This document shows, one piece after another, positions 1-13,603 of a DNA stretch of 64,000 nucleotides. Origin of the DNA: Marsupella aquatica (lineage: Eukaryota > Plantae > Marchantiophyta); contig OZ316895.1 of assembly GCA_973895155.1 (NCBI GenBank), positions 10,404,184-10,468,183 on the forward strand, read 5' to 3'. The translations under genes and the position numbers were made by a program. The stretch's first letter is position 1. Every line of letters starts with the position of its first letter. The notes under the pieces were generated by a model. The model saw only the letters and a list, made by a program, of their open reading frames with translations, was not told where the DNA came from and did no database searches.

Positions 1-472
1 CTTCTATGCTTGACTGCATAAGCAATGTTAAAGTTCTCCAGGTGAGCACTTTCCTCGGGTCAGAAACCGAAAAGATTAGCTTCTTGGCAAGAAAGTGGTA
101 CTGGTTCAAGATATCCAATAGCTCATTGGGGTTCTCTGTTCTCTTGGATTTATTGCTGTCTAATGCTAGTGGGATTTGGTATTCCAGCCAAGCGACTCAT
201 CTTGAAACCAACCCACTCGCCCATTTCAACAGGCATCAACTAAGTTGTCCTGTCACTTGACCACTGTGCAGGTACACACTGCGGCCCTCGAGGCCTTAGT
301 ACAAATTTTGGAGTTAAGTAATCTTGGTTCAGGCTTGGAAAACTCTCTTTCAGACACTCTAGTGGGTAGATTAAAAGAGGCGCTAGGTTTGGAGAAAAAT
401 GCCGCTGCAAAATCGCTAATCACGCAGGCAATGGACTTGTTAAGAACTGTTGAAATACCAATGCAGGAGTAG
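1..472 (+). CDS. ECM29: 3' end of proteasome adapter/scaffold protein ECM29 (last two exons: <1-41, 272-472)
   Basis: The spliced translation MLDCISNVKVLQ|VHTAALEALVQILEL...LGLEKNAAAKSLITQAMDLL resembles the plant ECM29 C-terminus (CISTVKIAQVHVAASECL...LELEKSEEAKSLL, recalled). Phase-0 GT-AG intron at 42-271; stop at 470-472. Confidence 0.8.
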
Positions 473-1981
473 TTCTTTGTACATATGTAAAGTATTTATT
501 CATGCAAGAGACGGGGATCGGACACTTTTGCTGGGTCAACCATTCCTCTAGGCGTGCTCACGGGCTTGGGGTTTTGACGAACTGGATATCTCTCCCTTCT
601 GCACGCAACAATCATTGGTACTACAGTATTTGAAGTTTATGTCGAAGCAAACCTAATGTGCTTTTAGTCAAAGGCCCTGAACATGTCATCCTAACAAGGT
701 GTACGTGAACAAGACTTACGATGGCCGGTGTACCCCCATCTTACCTTTGACGAACGATGGAGTTCAGCTACTCTTCAATGCGTCCAGGCTTTGAACATTC
801 TATAATATCTCGAGTTACTTACTACAATTGGGAGCTACTGTAGTTGAAACGAAGCACAAAAGCATGTCCTGAGAAAGATATTGGTGTTGACTGTACCTCC
901 TAGCAAACAGCTTGTTGGAGAACGTCTTGTTTTGCACTGTAAGTATGAGTCACAGCTTACAACAGCAAATGCTTGAAAGCTGCCCAAGCTCGTAACCTGT
1001 CTACCCAAGCTCAACACTTCCAACTCGTCGTTTTCACATCCATCTGCTGACAGAAGATTGATTTGTCTATGCAAACTTCCAGCAACTAACATATACGTAA
1101 TCGTAGGGCCCTGTTCCTCCTTAGCCCCCTTCCCAAACAGGGACCGGGGCTCATATGAAACGAAGCTCTTACAGCTCAGATCTCGATAACAAACAGTAAT
1201 TCAAAGTTTGACGATGGCAAATATGAACAAACCTAGCAGTAGTCAGTCTTTTGAGGCCCCTGGACAAATAAATGAATGTAGTGCTACGAAGTCCGAAAGA
1301 GAGAGTGTGAACTTGTTACAGCATGTAGCACCTTCAAGGGCAAACCTTGCAGGAGATGATAGAATGAAGGTTATAGTATTGCTGCCTTTCTCAACGCCTG
1401 TCAATATAGCCCATTAAAGGTCACATTGCACTTTCAACCTGAAGGGGCACTTTCAATCTGAAGGCCAGCATGCCAACTCCTGGAGTGCATGGGTGACTTG
1501 TGTTGGTTACAGAAGTGAACCTTACACCCAAGACTTATATTGTCAAGCAACATACATGTTGTTCAACTTATATTATTTGTACATTGTACCACTCACACTC
1601 TACAAAACAGGGCCGCCCATAACTCCAACAACGCAATTTAAAGCATTGCCTCATGACTGTCCATTCAAACCGTGAGTCTTTGGATCCATTGAACAATCAT
1701 ATATTTGTAGCGTGAGTTTTCCCATCAATTTAATTATTTATTTTGATGCTGTACTGGTTTGCCTACACACATGGAGTTTCCCATGAGAAGTGGACTCTTT
1801 CTAACTATCACAACCAATGAAAAGTTCCTACCCTCCCAAGACCTTCTTTCAATGTAAGAAACAAAGTGCCTGCAGTGTCCTTTTTTTGCATCCATTTCAT
1901 ATCAATTCATTCAAAAATTTATAAAACAAGAACACAGATTTTCAGGGTGAGAGCAAAAGGTTGCTTTGATCATTCTTACAC

Positions 1982-2130
1982 TTCCATTGTCATTGTTTTC
2001 CTTTCCTTTGTACATAGATGAGAAAAACTCACGGGAATCTACACAAAGTTGCGCTTCCATTGTTATTGTTTCCCCTTTCTTTGTACATAGATGAGAATTA
2101 CTCAAGGGAATCTACACGAACGGGGTTGCG
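1982..2130. repeat. Imperfect tandem duplication, 2 x ~73 bp
   Basis: TTCCATTGT(C/T)ATTGTTT...TTTGTACATAGATGAGAA...GGGAATCTACAC occurs twice in tandem. Confidence 0.75.
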
Positions 2131-2380
2131 TAAAGGAGGGGAAACACCTGAAAATATATAGAAATTATAACACCCATATAGTTAGAGTGTACAAGTCATA
2201 TGTGATCTGTTAGATTGTGTACAGATTAATCTAAACTGTTGGATTTGACAAATATTATCCAAGACATCCCAACCGGCAGATTCTACAGTGAGATGTAAAA
2301 AATAGCTCTTAGTCCTTTGCAAGTGACCCTTCTGGCTGCTAATATAGGCAAAGATTAGCTACTAATATATTGCTACTTTA

Positions 2381-2653
2381 ACATCCACCCACTTAAAGCT
2401 TGGGGGTAGGAGCTCACTGTCTCTTGGGAGTCAGAGAAGGTATCATGGAACCTGCCCAAAAAAGTCTTAGAGCAGTATCCACCAACTCAAAGGTTGGGGG
2501 TGGGAAGCTTAGCATCCCCTGAGAGTCAGAAGGAGTATCATGATACCCGTCCAAAAACTCCCACAGCAGTATCTACCCACCTGAAGCTTGGGGGTGGGAG
2601 CACCATGCCCCGAGAGCCAGAGGGAGTATCATGGAAGCTACCCTAGAAACTCC
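2381..2653. repeat. Imperfect tandem repeat, 3 x ~95 bp
   Basis: Unit ATC(C/T)ACC(C/A)AC..AA(A)G(C/G)TTGGGGGT(A/G)GGA...GAG(T/C)CAGA...GTATCATG occurs three times. Confidence 0.75.
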
Positions 2654-2954
2654 AATCTCCAACATGCAAAATTCCTGTTGGTCCCCAAAATGCCTCCGTA
2701 GTGCCATCCTTGCCAAAATAATTGATTAGGCAACTCCTTGACCATGTATAATATGGCCCATTTTTTAAAACCTCAAATGATTTGCAAGGCACCCCCACAC
2801 CCTCAAAGCCCCCCCAAGCCACCCTCACACCAAATGAAAGAGGGTGACTTTTAAACTGGAAACCTGAAGGTCCCAAAGTCCCATGCCAAAGCCAAACTTG
2901 GGTAGGAATCAATCTCTTATCTGTGAACTTGGGTCACAAGGTATGACTCTGATG

Positions 2955-3426
2955 AAATCTTGGTCAACTGCTACATCTCCGTGGCGACAAATTGAGCTCA
3001 AGGGCATTGTTGCAACTATATGAGATCACAGCCTTTTTTAGACAACAGGTGTCTATTGCGCTTCAGCGGACACAGACCTTCACTATTCTTCGTAAAGGAG
3101 AGGCGGTTGGATTCTGGGCATCTAGTCAGATTCACTTGCTTGACACTCCTATGCACTTCACGCCTGAGCTTCACCAGGCTCTTCAATTTGCCAATAGGTA
3201 GACTTTAAGTTTGTGGGTCTTTTGTCTTCCTTGCTCTTGGCTTGTGCCTGGTCCTTTTGCTTTTTGGCCCTTTGCTTTTTGGTCTTTTTCTTGTTCTCCC
3301 TTGATTGGGTTTTTGGTCTCCTGGAGCATGTCTCCTAGGTCAGGTAGTGACCCTTGCTTTTTGGCAGTTTGATTTGATATATATACTATATGTTACTGTA
3401 GAGTTTCATATATATATATATATATA
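2955..3426 (+). mobile_element. 5'-truncated CRE-clade (restriction-like endonuclease) non-LTR retrotransposon remnant ending in (TA)n
   Basis: ORF 2992-3201 reads ITAFFRQQVSIALQRTQTFTILRKGEAVG...LLDTP, matching the FxRQxxSxALQRxxAxxIL tail typical of RLE-type non-LTR ORFs. It is followed by a T-rich 3' UTR and an interrupted (TA)n tract at ~3378-3426. Confidence 0.6.
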
Positions 3427-4175
3427 ATGTGCTGTGAGAATCATGCTATTTTTGGATCAGAGGTCGGAATCCGAAGAATTTCACAGAAAGAGAGCTCTGC
3501 AGAGTGTCAAAATTTGTCCAAATCGCTCGTTCCTTGACATGTTTCTTGCGTGGTAGGTTGTCACAAGCGAGGCATGCAGCAGACTGCATATTGGGTCACC
3601 ATCACTTCACTGTTGGGACAGTACCGCAGCAGCAGGCACGGTATTTCCTGAAGAAAATGAAGCGGTGAAGCTCTACTGACGGGTCACCTTGTCTGACCTA
3701 TTCGGGATCCTAACCCCTAAATTGTAGAGTTCTAACAGGGGGCAGCAGTAAGCCGGAGCTCGGAGTGCCACGAAGAAAACCTGAAAGGAAATCATGGTTC
3801 TTTTAGGATAGAAGGATGTTTTTAATTTGCCAGAACAGCCACCGGGAAGAATTTGATGTTTGTGTCTTGACTTCGGTTGCATGGGATGGGGCTTATGCCT
3901 AGTGACAGGGTTGAGATCCAGATTTATGAAGAAAGTGCGTACAAGACCCGTTTTCGAATGAATTTGCCAGCCGAAGGAGGGGGTGGATTGAATTTGAGGT
4001 GTCGTTCCCAGAGTCTGTTTGTGTGATCCAAGGTTTGCAAGTTACAGCAGAAAGTAGAGAGTCTCTGTTGTTGTTCATCAAGGCGCTGCTGAAACGTCGG
4101 CGCTCTTCATGTTTGGTTTGTGGATTACTACTTTGCAAAAAGAGAGGTAGCGATCCTTTCGTGGAGATCTTTTCC

Positions 4176-7100
4176 ATGGGGCGAAACAAAGGGGATCCTG
4201 CCCGCAGCAAGGCTCGGGCCTCGAGCAGTAGGTGTGTTTCACTAATTGAGGACCTATTAATTTTATTTGAGGCAATGGACGTCATGATTTATAAGGGATT
4301 TTGATTTGTGAAGGTCCCATCTTGCTGTTGGATGGGAATTTGGATGAGAATTTACATGTACTTAATATTGCACCCATTTCAATGGAAGCGCTTTCTCCAG
4401 GAGTATACGCTTGGATATGTTTACCGCACAGCTGAGATTTTCAATGTCACTACGTTGCTCGTCTTGCTGTTGCCTGAATTTTGAGCTACTCAAACCCTAA
4501 GAACTTTCTTCGTGCAAGGACTTATGCCGCATCGCAATTCGAGGACCTTAATTTACCACATCATGTGATCACTATATGGCAGAACACCAAAGGTGTCAAT
4601 ACGCCTCAGACTGCTGCAAAAGCAGAAAGACCTTTGGTTTCAAAAAAGACGCTCCCCTCATACGTTTACTGAAGCTCATCACATGTTTTCCTTGTTTGCT
4701 AAACAGCCTTGCAGCATCGCTCCTGCAGACGCCTGTCACTGCTGCGGTTGGATTTGGTGGGTTTGTCGGTAGTGCACGTGTTGATGTGCCTGCTCCCATC
4801 GAAGGGGAACATTTACAGGTATTGTAATGGCAGTTGACAATTTGGGTTTGGCAAACCCTAAAGGATTGCAGAGTTCAGCTCAGATTTTATATTTACATTG
4901 ATCACTCTGTAGGATGCGGATACTACAGTGTGGTAGGATGTACTATTGCTGGTACTTCGACTTCTTGGGTGGTTTCAGACGATCATGTCGTTAGTGATAA
5001 CAGAGAAGCACTTACTGTGTCAGTCTAGCACTAATTGTACAGAGAAGTGTGTTGTCTGCACCGCAGGATCTAGACGGAGATGCTTTTCTTCATCTAAAAA
5101 GACTGTCCAAGAAAGATCCAACAACGAAGGTCGGTTATGTGGTTCAGATGAAGGCAGTTTCTTCACAGTTTCTCCAGATTCCTCTTCTAAACACATCAGC
5201 ACATTGAACCTCATTAATACTAGCACTGGTGAGATTCATCAATATGTTCTGTTGCTTATTGCAGCTGAAGGCCCTAGTAGCTTTGCGTGCTCTATTCGAG
5301 GAACGTCCACCTACTGAAGTTTCAGCTCTGATATCTCCTTGGGTATGCATTTCTATATACCTAACCGAAATAAAATTTCTATCTTTGAGGACAAAAGTGT
5401 CTTATGCCCTTCGCTTTCTGGATTTCGTATTTTACGCTTTGTATAATTCTCGCTCTTATGTTGACTCCTAGAGAGGACTTTGGATACAAGGTTTCTCAGA
5501 TATAAAAGGGGCTCCAGATATAAGGTCTCTCAGCAATAAATTGGTAATGTGTTGCTTTGCCTGGATAGTTATTCGAGTACAAAAGGTTGGTGCAAGACAG
5601 CAGTAGGCAGGTCCGGCAGGCTACTCATGTGGCTATGACAAGCTTTGCAACTTGTGTGGGGTATTTATCCTTTCCTTTGGATTATGCACTTCTACTGCTA
5701 TTATATTGGTGCGCCATTGAAAAGCGAGTGATATGACTACTTTCCACCCTTGAGGCTGCTTGTGAAGTTTAAGGTAGGGTGAATTGATTCAACGCAATGT
5801 GTGAATTGCCTTCAAATGTTGTGCAGGCGAGGGCTCGCCCCACATTTGCGGTCCTTGATGGGGCCTTGGTGGATCTCGCAATTTGATCCATCCCGTGAAG
5901 TTTCAGAAGCTGCAAAAGACTCTTTCCAGGTGGGGTGTTCTATCCCTCGTTTTTCGACATTACTATTTGCAGCTAACACGTTACCTAACCCAATTCTAAC
6001 GGTTTGCCTAAGATGGAATATTTCAAATAAGGGTGATGCGCAGTGCAGAGTCTGTTTTATGGTGTTTCGGTAGGACAGTCTTTTCTAGGCCATTTGGGCC
6101 TGCAATTTAGTATGACAAACTTACATAATTTATTTCAGGTGGCTTTTTCAGGGCAAAAGAAGCGGCTGGAAGCTCTAATGTTCTGTCAGAAGGAGATATT
6201 TAACCACCTAGATGAAAATCTGAAATTGACCCCACAAACGATATCTGACAAGGCAACGCCCATTGAAGAATCCACTGAAAAGTATGAACGTGTAAGTCAA
6301 TGCTTCCACTCTCAAGTTTTGGATCGGAGGTACAGAGCAATAGTCTTTCTTTGCATAATCTTTATTTATATCCAAAGCGATATTATTGGCGATCGACAGA
6401 ATTTTTAGTGTGTATGTATTCACTTCAACATTTGACTTTGATGGGTTGTGTGCAGGTTGTTTCCTGTTCTCTACTGGCTTCAGCTGCCCTTATTGATGTT
6501 CTTATTGGTTCAATATCCGGCAGAACTGATCAAGGAAATGCTGCAAATAATGTTGACGGAGAGGAAATGTCAAACAGAAGGGCAGGAATTAGTGAGGATG
6601 TGACAAAACTGTGTGGGAACCATAGATTTTTGCAACAGTTTCTTAAATCAAAAGCTTCTCGAGTGAGATCAGCCACGTACCAAGCCTTAAGATCTTACAT
6701 TCAGCATTTGCCCGAAGTCTTTAGAGAAGAGGACATGGATATGGTAGTACCGTCTATTCTAGGAACCTTTGCAGAGAAGGATCCTGCCTGCCATCAGCAC
6801 ATGTGGGATATGGTGCTTCTGTTTACGAAGGCCTTCCCTCAATCATGGGGTAACACTGCTGTCAGAAAGGCAGTGTTCCCTCAGCTCTGGAGTTTTTTAC
6901 GTCACGGATGCTATGGATCACCGCAAACTTCTTATCCATATGTTGTACTTCTCATCTCGTTAATACCTCCAGTGGCTGTAATTCCTTCACAAAACTTTCT
7001 TCTTAACCTTTTCAGCAATCTTTGGCAAGGGCAGACTGCTCCTCAGTTTGGATTAGCAGATTTGACTGCTCTTCTGAAGGCTGTCCAAGAATGTCTCATA

Positions 7101-10100
7101 TGGATTGTTTTGAATGCGAAGAGGTATGGCCAGTAAGAGTCATGAACAATACGATTTTTCGTGCAAATAATTGGCTATGCCGACTTTCAGGAAATGCTTG
7201 CTTGCATTGTCCTCTCCTGCTCGAATTATATGTAGATGGATTTTTGACCATCGAATGTTTGAATACTGGTCTTTTTCAGGTTCTCTGATGCAGAGGGATA
7301 TGAAGCAATTCAATTACAAATTGCACTGGTTGATGGTGTTCTTGTCAAGCTCTTGTGGCACGGTTATATTGGGGGTTTAAGCCAAGAAACATCCTTGGTT
7401 AGCTCAGTCATCGATTCTACTCCATCACCTGCTTTGGCAGGCCCACCGTCAGTCAACAAGTCAAGTGGAGTTGTAGGGGTGGGCTCTTCCAACCGGTTCA
7501 AGCAAGTGTTAGGATCCTGTATTGTGCAGACCATACAGCTCCTATCAGGGCATGTTGATGAGGTGATGGGCACCTTTTGGGATGAGTTCCAGGGGTCGTG
7601 CTTCCAAATAATCTTAGAGGCGGGTAACTGCTGGCAATCTAAGAAAGAAGAGGACCCACGGATTGCCAGAATTGCGGACTTTTTTCTGGTTCTTTGCAGC
7701 AAGACCTCTAAGGGTGAGGACGGGGAACAGTGGTCCTTGGCGCATACGGTCAGGCCTTTTGTCGCAAAATCTTACCCAACTATCAGGTCCCTCGTAAGAT
7801 CCCTTGACAGCTCTATAAAAGCTATGGAGTGAATCTGAAGTTGACCCTTGTGTGAAAGTGTTTGAGGCTTCAAGTCTAGAATGCCAGTGTTTATTGTCTC
7901 GTTTCGGATACTTTGCCTGGAGTTGAGATTGCGAAGGAAAATGGGGAATTCAATCTGCTTTTTTGTCCGTCACGTCTCATCTGTGAGAATCACGGACATC
8001 GTTAGCCTAATTTGATTTTTCTGGAGTGTTCTCATGTCTTGTAAGGAAGAACTAAGCAGTCGGAACATATTTGTTAAAGTACAACTGGTCACTGATACAA
8101 CTCCCTTTTCTCCAAGCTGTAAACATTTGTATGTCCTGAGCCATGTCTTTCACGCTCGGGTCAAGTACTAAAGATCTGAATTTCGTGAATGCAGGAGCAT
8201 CCTGGATCCATCAGACTCATTGCAAAATTGACTTCTATGTATGGGCCCTCAGTGTTTTCGCTACTCAGTGTATCTCAGATTCAAAACGAGAAGACTGATG
8301 AAGGGCGACATTTACAGTTTTCTGTAGACAATGAGGACCTGCGAGAGTTCTTTAGGGATGACATTGTACCGTGGTGTCTAGCTGGGGATGACTGCTTAGA
8401 TGGGCCCAAAGCTGAACTAATTTTGGCATTTATTGAGGATGTACAGTTTCGAAGTGAGTGGGAGTTTGTAATACGTCATATTACAGACTGGCAAGAAGAC
8501 ACGGACTCTACTATAGATCTCAGACAGGTTGAGGTTTTGGGAACTTTAATTGAGAAATTGATGGAGAGAAAGAATGCCCTGTCTATGAGCAAAGACTCCT
8601 TGCTCAAAGGAAACGATACGAGGGCAGACTGGTGGAAATCTTCAAGAATAGACAGAGCAGCTGTGAAAATTGCTTCCAGCAGTCAGCTTTCTCATCCGGG
8701 TTGCCTTCGGCTTCTGAGGTACAACAGCTGATAGAACTCTTGTTAGTTCTGTGGAAACACACTTTGGTGATCACGGCAGTTTCTTTTCTTCTGTCCAACA
8801 GGAAGTGACCTTGATAACCATTGTCTACTCTGCTGAGTTATTCTGAAGGTGTGTGTAATTGTGTGAATGTATTTCAGGAGCGCGCTCGGAGGGACAAGCT
8901 CAGAGAAACCTTCTCTTCCGATTGTTTCAGATGAAGCTGCGGTTGAAATTCTGAACAGTATTTTGTTAAGAATGCTAGGTGTGCTTTCAGCACAAGCTAG
9001 AAATTGGAGCCGTTCGGCACCTTCATTAATCTTGGATTTAGGAGCCAGTGATCTCAAAAGAGTATCGGAGGATGCAGAAATCACTGAAATAAATCTCCAA
9101 CTAGCTGTGTCGGCTGTCAACATTCTCGGGGACTGTATTTTTTCTCTCCTGCCCCTGGACAGAGACCATTCAATCAGCGGGAAGCTCTTGGCTGCTCTGT
9201 TTGGGCTCAAATGGGGCTATTCCTCTCCAGACGACAGTGCATTTTACAATGAGTATGACTCCACCAAGGAGTCTGATACTGATCTGGACGACAGTGAAGA
9301 AGAAACTGAATTTGATCTCAGTTCCACCTTTGAGAGTTCGAACTTTTCTGGGAAGGTGGAGGATGGCAATGTTTCATGTGAAATTGTAGAAGTTGAGCCA
9401 TCTTCGATGCTCGAGCAGGATTGGAGCGGTCTAAACGATTCCCTACTCTCAATCTGGCAGAAAGCCACACCTCAATTTTTTAGCAGATTCAGTGCTTTCA
9501 CAAGGTTTGGTATTCGTCAGGTCTTAATGAAGTGCATAAGGGCTGCTGTCCTGGATGAAGAATCTGAAGCACCTCAGCACGTGGCAAGGAAATGTGCGGG
9601 TTGGTCACAACAAGTGGTAAACTATGTATGCTGTAGTCCAGATGAAGTTTCCGAGTTTGTGGACTTGCTGCTTGCATCTGCAGATTCTTGGCCTCTCTGG
9701 GTAGTGGCACCTTCACCTGAAAGCAATCAGTCTGGTCGATACCGACCCTCCTGGAATGTGCAGCAAAACGTGAGCGATTCGAAGGTTGGAGCCAAGACCT
9801 GGATATCCTTTCCATCCACTGTGTCTTTGAACAAATTTATTTGCACACTCCAGAATCATTTAAGATAGTAACAATGGACGCTTTCAGGAGTTGAAATATT
9901 ATAATTGTGCAAAATTAATGCGACTTTTTGAAAGTTTGTTCTACGTGGATGCTCACGTCTCATCAATTAAAGATATTGAGAAGGTCCCTCAAGCTGTTCA
10001 ACTGATGATTGCTCGTCTGTGATGCAGATTCAAAGACATGGCCGTTTTGCGGCATTCGTCGATCACCTCTCCCGAACTCTAACTGTGCAGGAAGTGTTCT

Positions 10101-13100
10101 TGGGGTCACAGCGGGGAACAGAGACCAACAAGGAAGACAACTTGTTGGAAAAACTGGCTATGGAGTCAAAAACATCTGGTGAATCCTGCCGGACATGGGT
10201 CGTTGTTGAGCTACTTTGCACTTGGGAGTGGCCAGGTGGAAATGCTCTCTCCCAGGTTCTACCATATTTATGGTCCATTGCAAGGTCCCCTGAGGGCAGC
10301 AGGGAGTTCAGTCTTATCTGGGGCACAATTGAGGAGCTCTTTGTAGGCAGTTCCAACTCTAGTAGCTCTAATCTAAGTACCGAAATTTCCAGCTTTGCAG
10401 CAGGAGAGGATGACGGCGCTGCCCCAAAAGAACCATTTCTTCGGGCCCTGTTGGTCTTACTGCAGGGGTTATTAGAGAAAGAAGATGGATGGAGTATTTT
10501 TGATGCACGGGCCCTATTCCGCCGATATGTTACCAAGCAAGAAGCTGCAGACTTCGTTTCTCCAATCTGTGACGTCCAAATCTTACCTCGTGTGTTGGCA
10601 GTCATGATGCCAATCCTCCGCAAGAAAGGCATAGAATCTGCTAATACTAGCAGCGAGGAAGAATGGCAATCATTCTTACAAATAGGAGTTTCCTTGTGGC
10701 TCCAGAAGGCCTTGACTGGACCTCCTCTAGTTGCTTTTGAAACTGGTTCCGAAATTTCAGGTATGCCCAGTCTTAATTATCTTGTTTCTTCATTGCCTTT
10801 TTTGCAGCAAACTTGCTTCCCATCTCGCTAAATGGGTTATTTCAGCGACGGAAGAGCATAGGGAAATTTTGTCATACTAATTGGTTAAATCGTCATCACT
10901 CTAATGCCCACTCCCTCCTTGGATAATTTATCAGGATACCAATGGGTGAAAATTGCGGTCGCATGCTTTCCACTGAACCCTGCTGGAGGTGCAGCTGCAA
11001 TGGCTTCAGCTTCCTCTGTCTCAGTCACGTCACAAGAGAGGGAGCTATTACTAGCACTTCTCCGTAAACAGTACTCTTATGAAGCTATTCGAGCTGTAGC
11101 TGCCCTTGCAGCTGCAGAGCGAATCTCTCAGGTTAAGCTATTGGATAAAATGGAACAGAACAAAGGGGTTGAGGTGACTCTTGCCAAGCTTGTAGCTGTA
11201 GCACTTGGATATTGTTGGTTAGACTTTGAGACTGAAGAGTGGGATTTCATTTTGAAAAAGGTAAGAGGTTGGCTGCAAGAGGCTGTCATTGAAGCCGAAG
11301 AATTTACAGAGGCTGTTGTTGACATAGTTAAGAAGGCACCTGAGATGCCAGAGTTGGAAGTTGCTGACTCAGTAGTGCCAGCATTACAGAATTTGGTTGC
11401 AGAGAAAAGTGACAGTTCCGTACAACTTTACAGTGTTGCTGTTGCCATATTTTCTCTCTTAAGAGGACTGAGTAATCTAGAAAAGGCTGGTTCAACGGAT
11501 GCTATGGCAAAGTTGAGAGTTGCAAACTGGGAAACAGTTGAGATGCGGATATTAGAAGATGTTCTTAGACTCCTATTGGCAATTGGCTTAGCCGAGTGTG
11601 GTGCAGCCACATCTAATGCTGGAGAGAATGGTGCAAAATTAATCGCATCCCAGAGGCAATTGCAGAGTCAATTGTGGGACAGTGTGGCTGATGTCGCGCT
11701 AGGTGCTTCGAATCATGCTCGACAAGCAGCTATCAGAGCTGTGGACTTGTGGGGAGTTGGGAAGGGCGCCATTAGTTCGCTCTATGCCCTTTTATTTTCA
11801 CCCAAAGCTACGACATCTTTGCAGTGGGTTGCTTATGAGTTCCTCTCAACGCCAGAAATTCTGCCTATGGCAATATCGTTTGGGATCGTTATTGGGTCTG
11901 GAGAGACACAGTCCACATTAGAGGAAGGAAGCATAGTTGCAGGGGAAGTTCAAGATGCAGGTGAGGTCAAAGTGGAGGATGGGAAAGGGGAAGATACTCA
12001 GGGCATGCACCCTGCAGAGGTTGCTCAAATCAGACCAGCACTAGCCAGTACTCTTGAGATAAGTTCTTCTGTGATTCTGCAGAGCCCACTCACGTCGCCT
12101 CTACGGGTATGTTCGCATTCTTTGTACTTTCTTGGCTTTCTCTTCTTTACCCTTCACTGCCAAAGTGGCCTTCAAGATCATACCTGTAGTATAATAACAT
12201 GCATCTGAGGATATATGTCTCCACGGACTACCACGTTTGGTCTGTTGAACTGACAGGGGAATGACGGAAGGAGAACTTTAATTGAGACAGTTATATTCAG
12301 AATATATGAAACTTGAATACCAAAGGTGCTGCAGGACTTACTTGCCAAATCTGACATTTTATTAATGTTTAATGTGCAGGTTAGCTATTTGCTGGGTTGG
12401 TCACTGCTCTTGACCCGCCTCCAATCGTTAACAGCATTGTCACGCACAAGGGAGCTCCTAGTCCAATATGTACAAGATTCAGACATTTCGCCAACTTTGC
12501 TTGACTGCTTGTTCCAGTACATCCCACAAGAGCAAAAATTGGGGACATCTGGTTCAAGACGAAGGAATCGGACAGCGAAAGTGGCAACGAGCAGTGCTGC
12601 AGCTTCTGCAACAAGGGCAGCGGCAGCAGGATCTGTTGCCTTCGCAGTGGAAGGGGTGTGGCCCGTTCAGAAAGAGAGTCTGGTCACCCTGGCTGGGGCA
12701 ATTTATGGTCTAATGCTCTTGGTGTTGCCGGCCTGTGTTCGAATCTGGTTCACTGGTTTGCGTGACAAGTCCTTAGCTTCTGCAATTGAAGCATTTACAG
12801 CAACTCATTGCAGTCCCCAGCTTTTGGCTGATGAGTTCGCTCAGGTATGGGACTTCGTTCATAGATTATTCCTTTGCCATTGTTCACTCTGAGGAAGTAA
12901 GTAAATAGCCGCAACAAACTGATTTGGCGAAGCCCTGAGCTTTATGGGTTTTGCGGACACTTCTGGGTTCTATCAGACTGAACAAAATTGAAGGAAAAAA
13001 TTGTAAAGTAAATTGGCTGTCTTGTGCTTACTAGGTTCAAGCATCAGCTGTCAATGAGGAGAATTTATCCATCCGTTCAAACCGTACACTTCGAGAGGTT

Positions 13101-13603
13101 ACAGCCATTTACCAAAAAGAGGAGGCAGGTATGGATATTGTTATCCGAATACCATCCTGCTATCCACTGCGCCCAGTTGAAGTTGAATGCACAAGGCGAT
13201 TGGGAATAAATGAAACTCTCCTCCGAAAGTGGATTCTTTCCATGGCGGCTTTCCTTCGGAATCAGGTTTGTTTCCTGCAGTAGAAGGTTGTTTCTCTAAT
13301 TTATGGTAAGGACGTTGGGATTGCTTGGAGCTGGAGGACTCCAGAAGCTATGCACTGACGTTAATGGTTTTGCAGAATGGAGCCGTAGCAGAGGCAGTTC
13401 AGATGTGGAAGAAAAATGTCGATCGTGAGTTTGAAGGCGTAGAGGAATGCCCGATCTGCTATAGCATCATTCATACCTCCAACCACAGTTTACCGCGCCT
13501 TGCTTGTAAAACATGCCGACACAAATTTCATTCAGCCTGCCTCTACAAGTGGTTTTCTACCTCGCACCAATCAACTTGTCCACTCTGTAAATCGCCCTTC
13601 TGA
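4176..13603 (+). CDS. LTN1: E3 ubiquitin-protein ligase listerin (ribosome quality control), ~16 exons
   Basis: N-terminus [18 protein letters not shown]|SLAASLL...[23 protein letters not shown]|LKAL and [13 protein letters not shown]; C-terminal RWD region plus RING ([11 protein letters not shown]...[32 protein letters not shown]). Inferred exons: 4176-4231, 4707-4818, 5067-5129, 5265-5342, 5569-5660, 5827-5929, 6139-6291, 6456-7123, 7280-7793, 8195-8718, 8878-9784, 10028-10760, 10935-12106, 12380-12844, 13035-13265, 13376-13603; all GT-AG. Confidence 0.96.
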
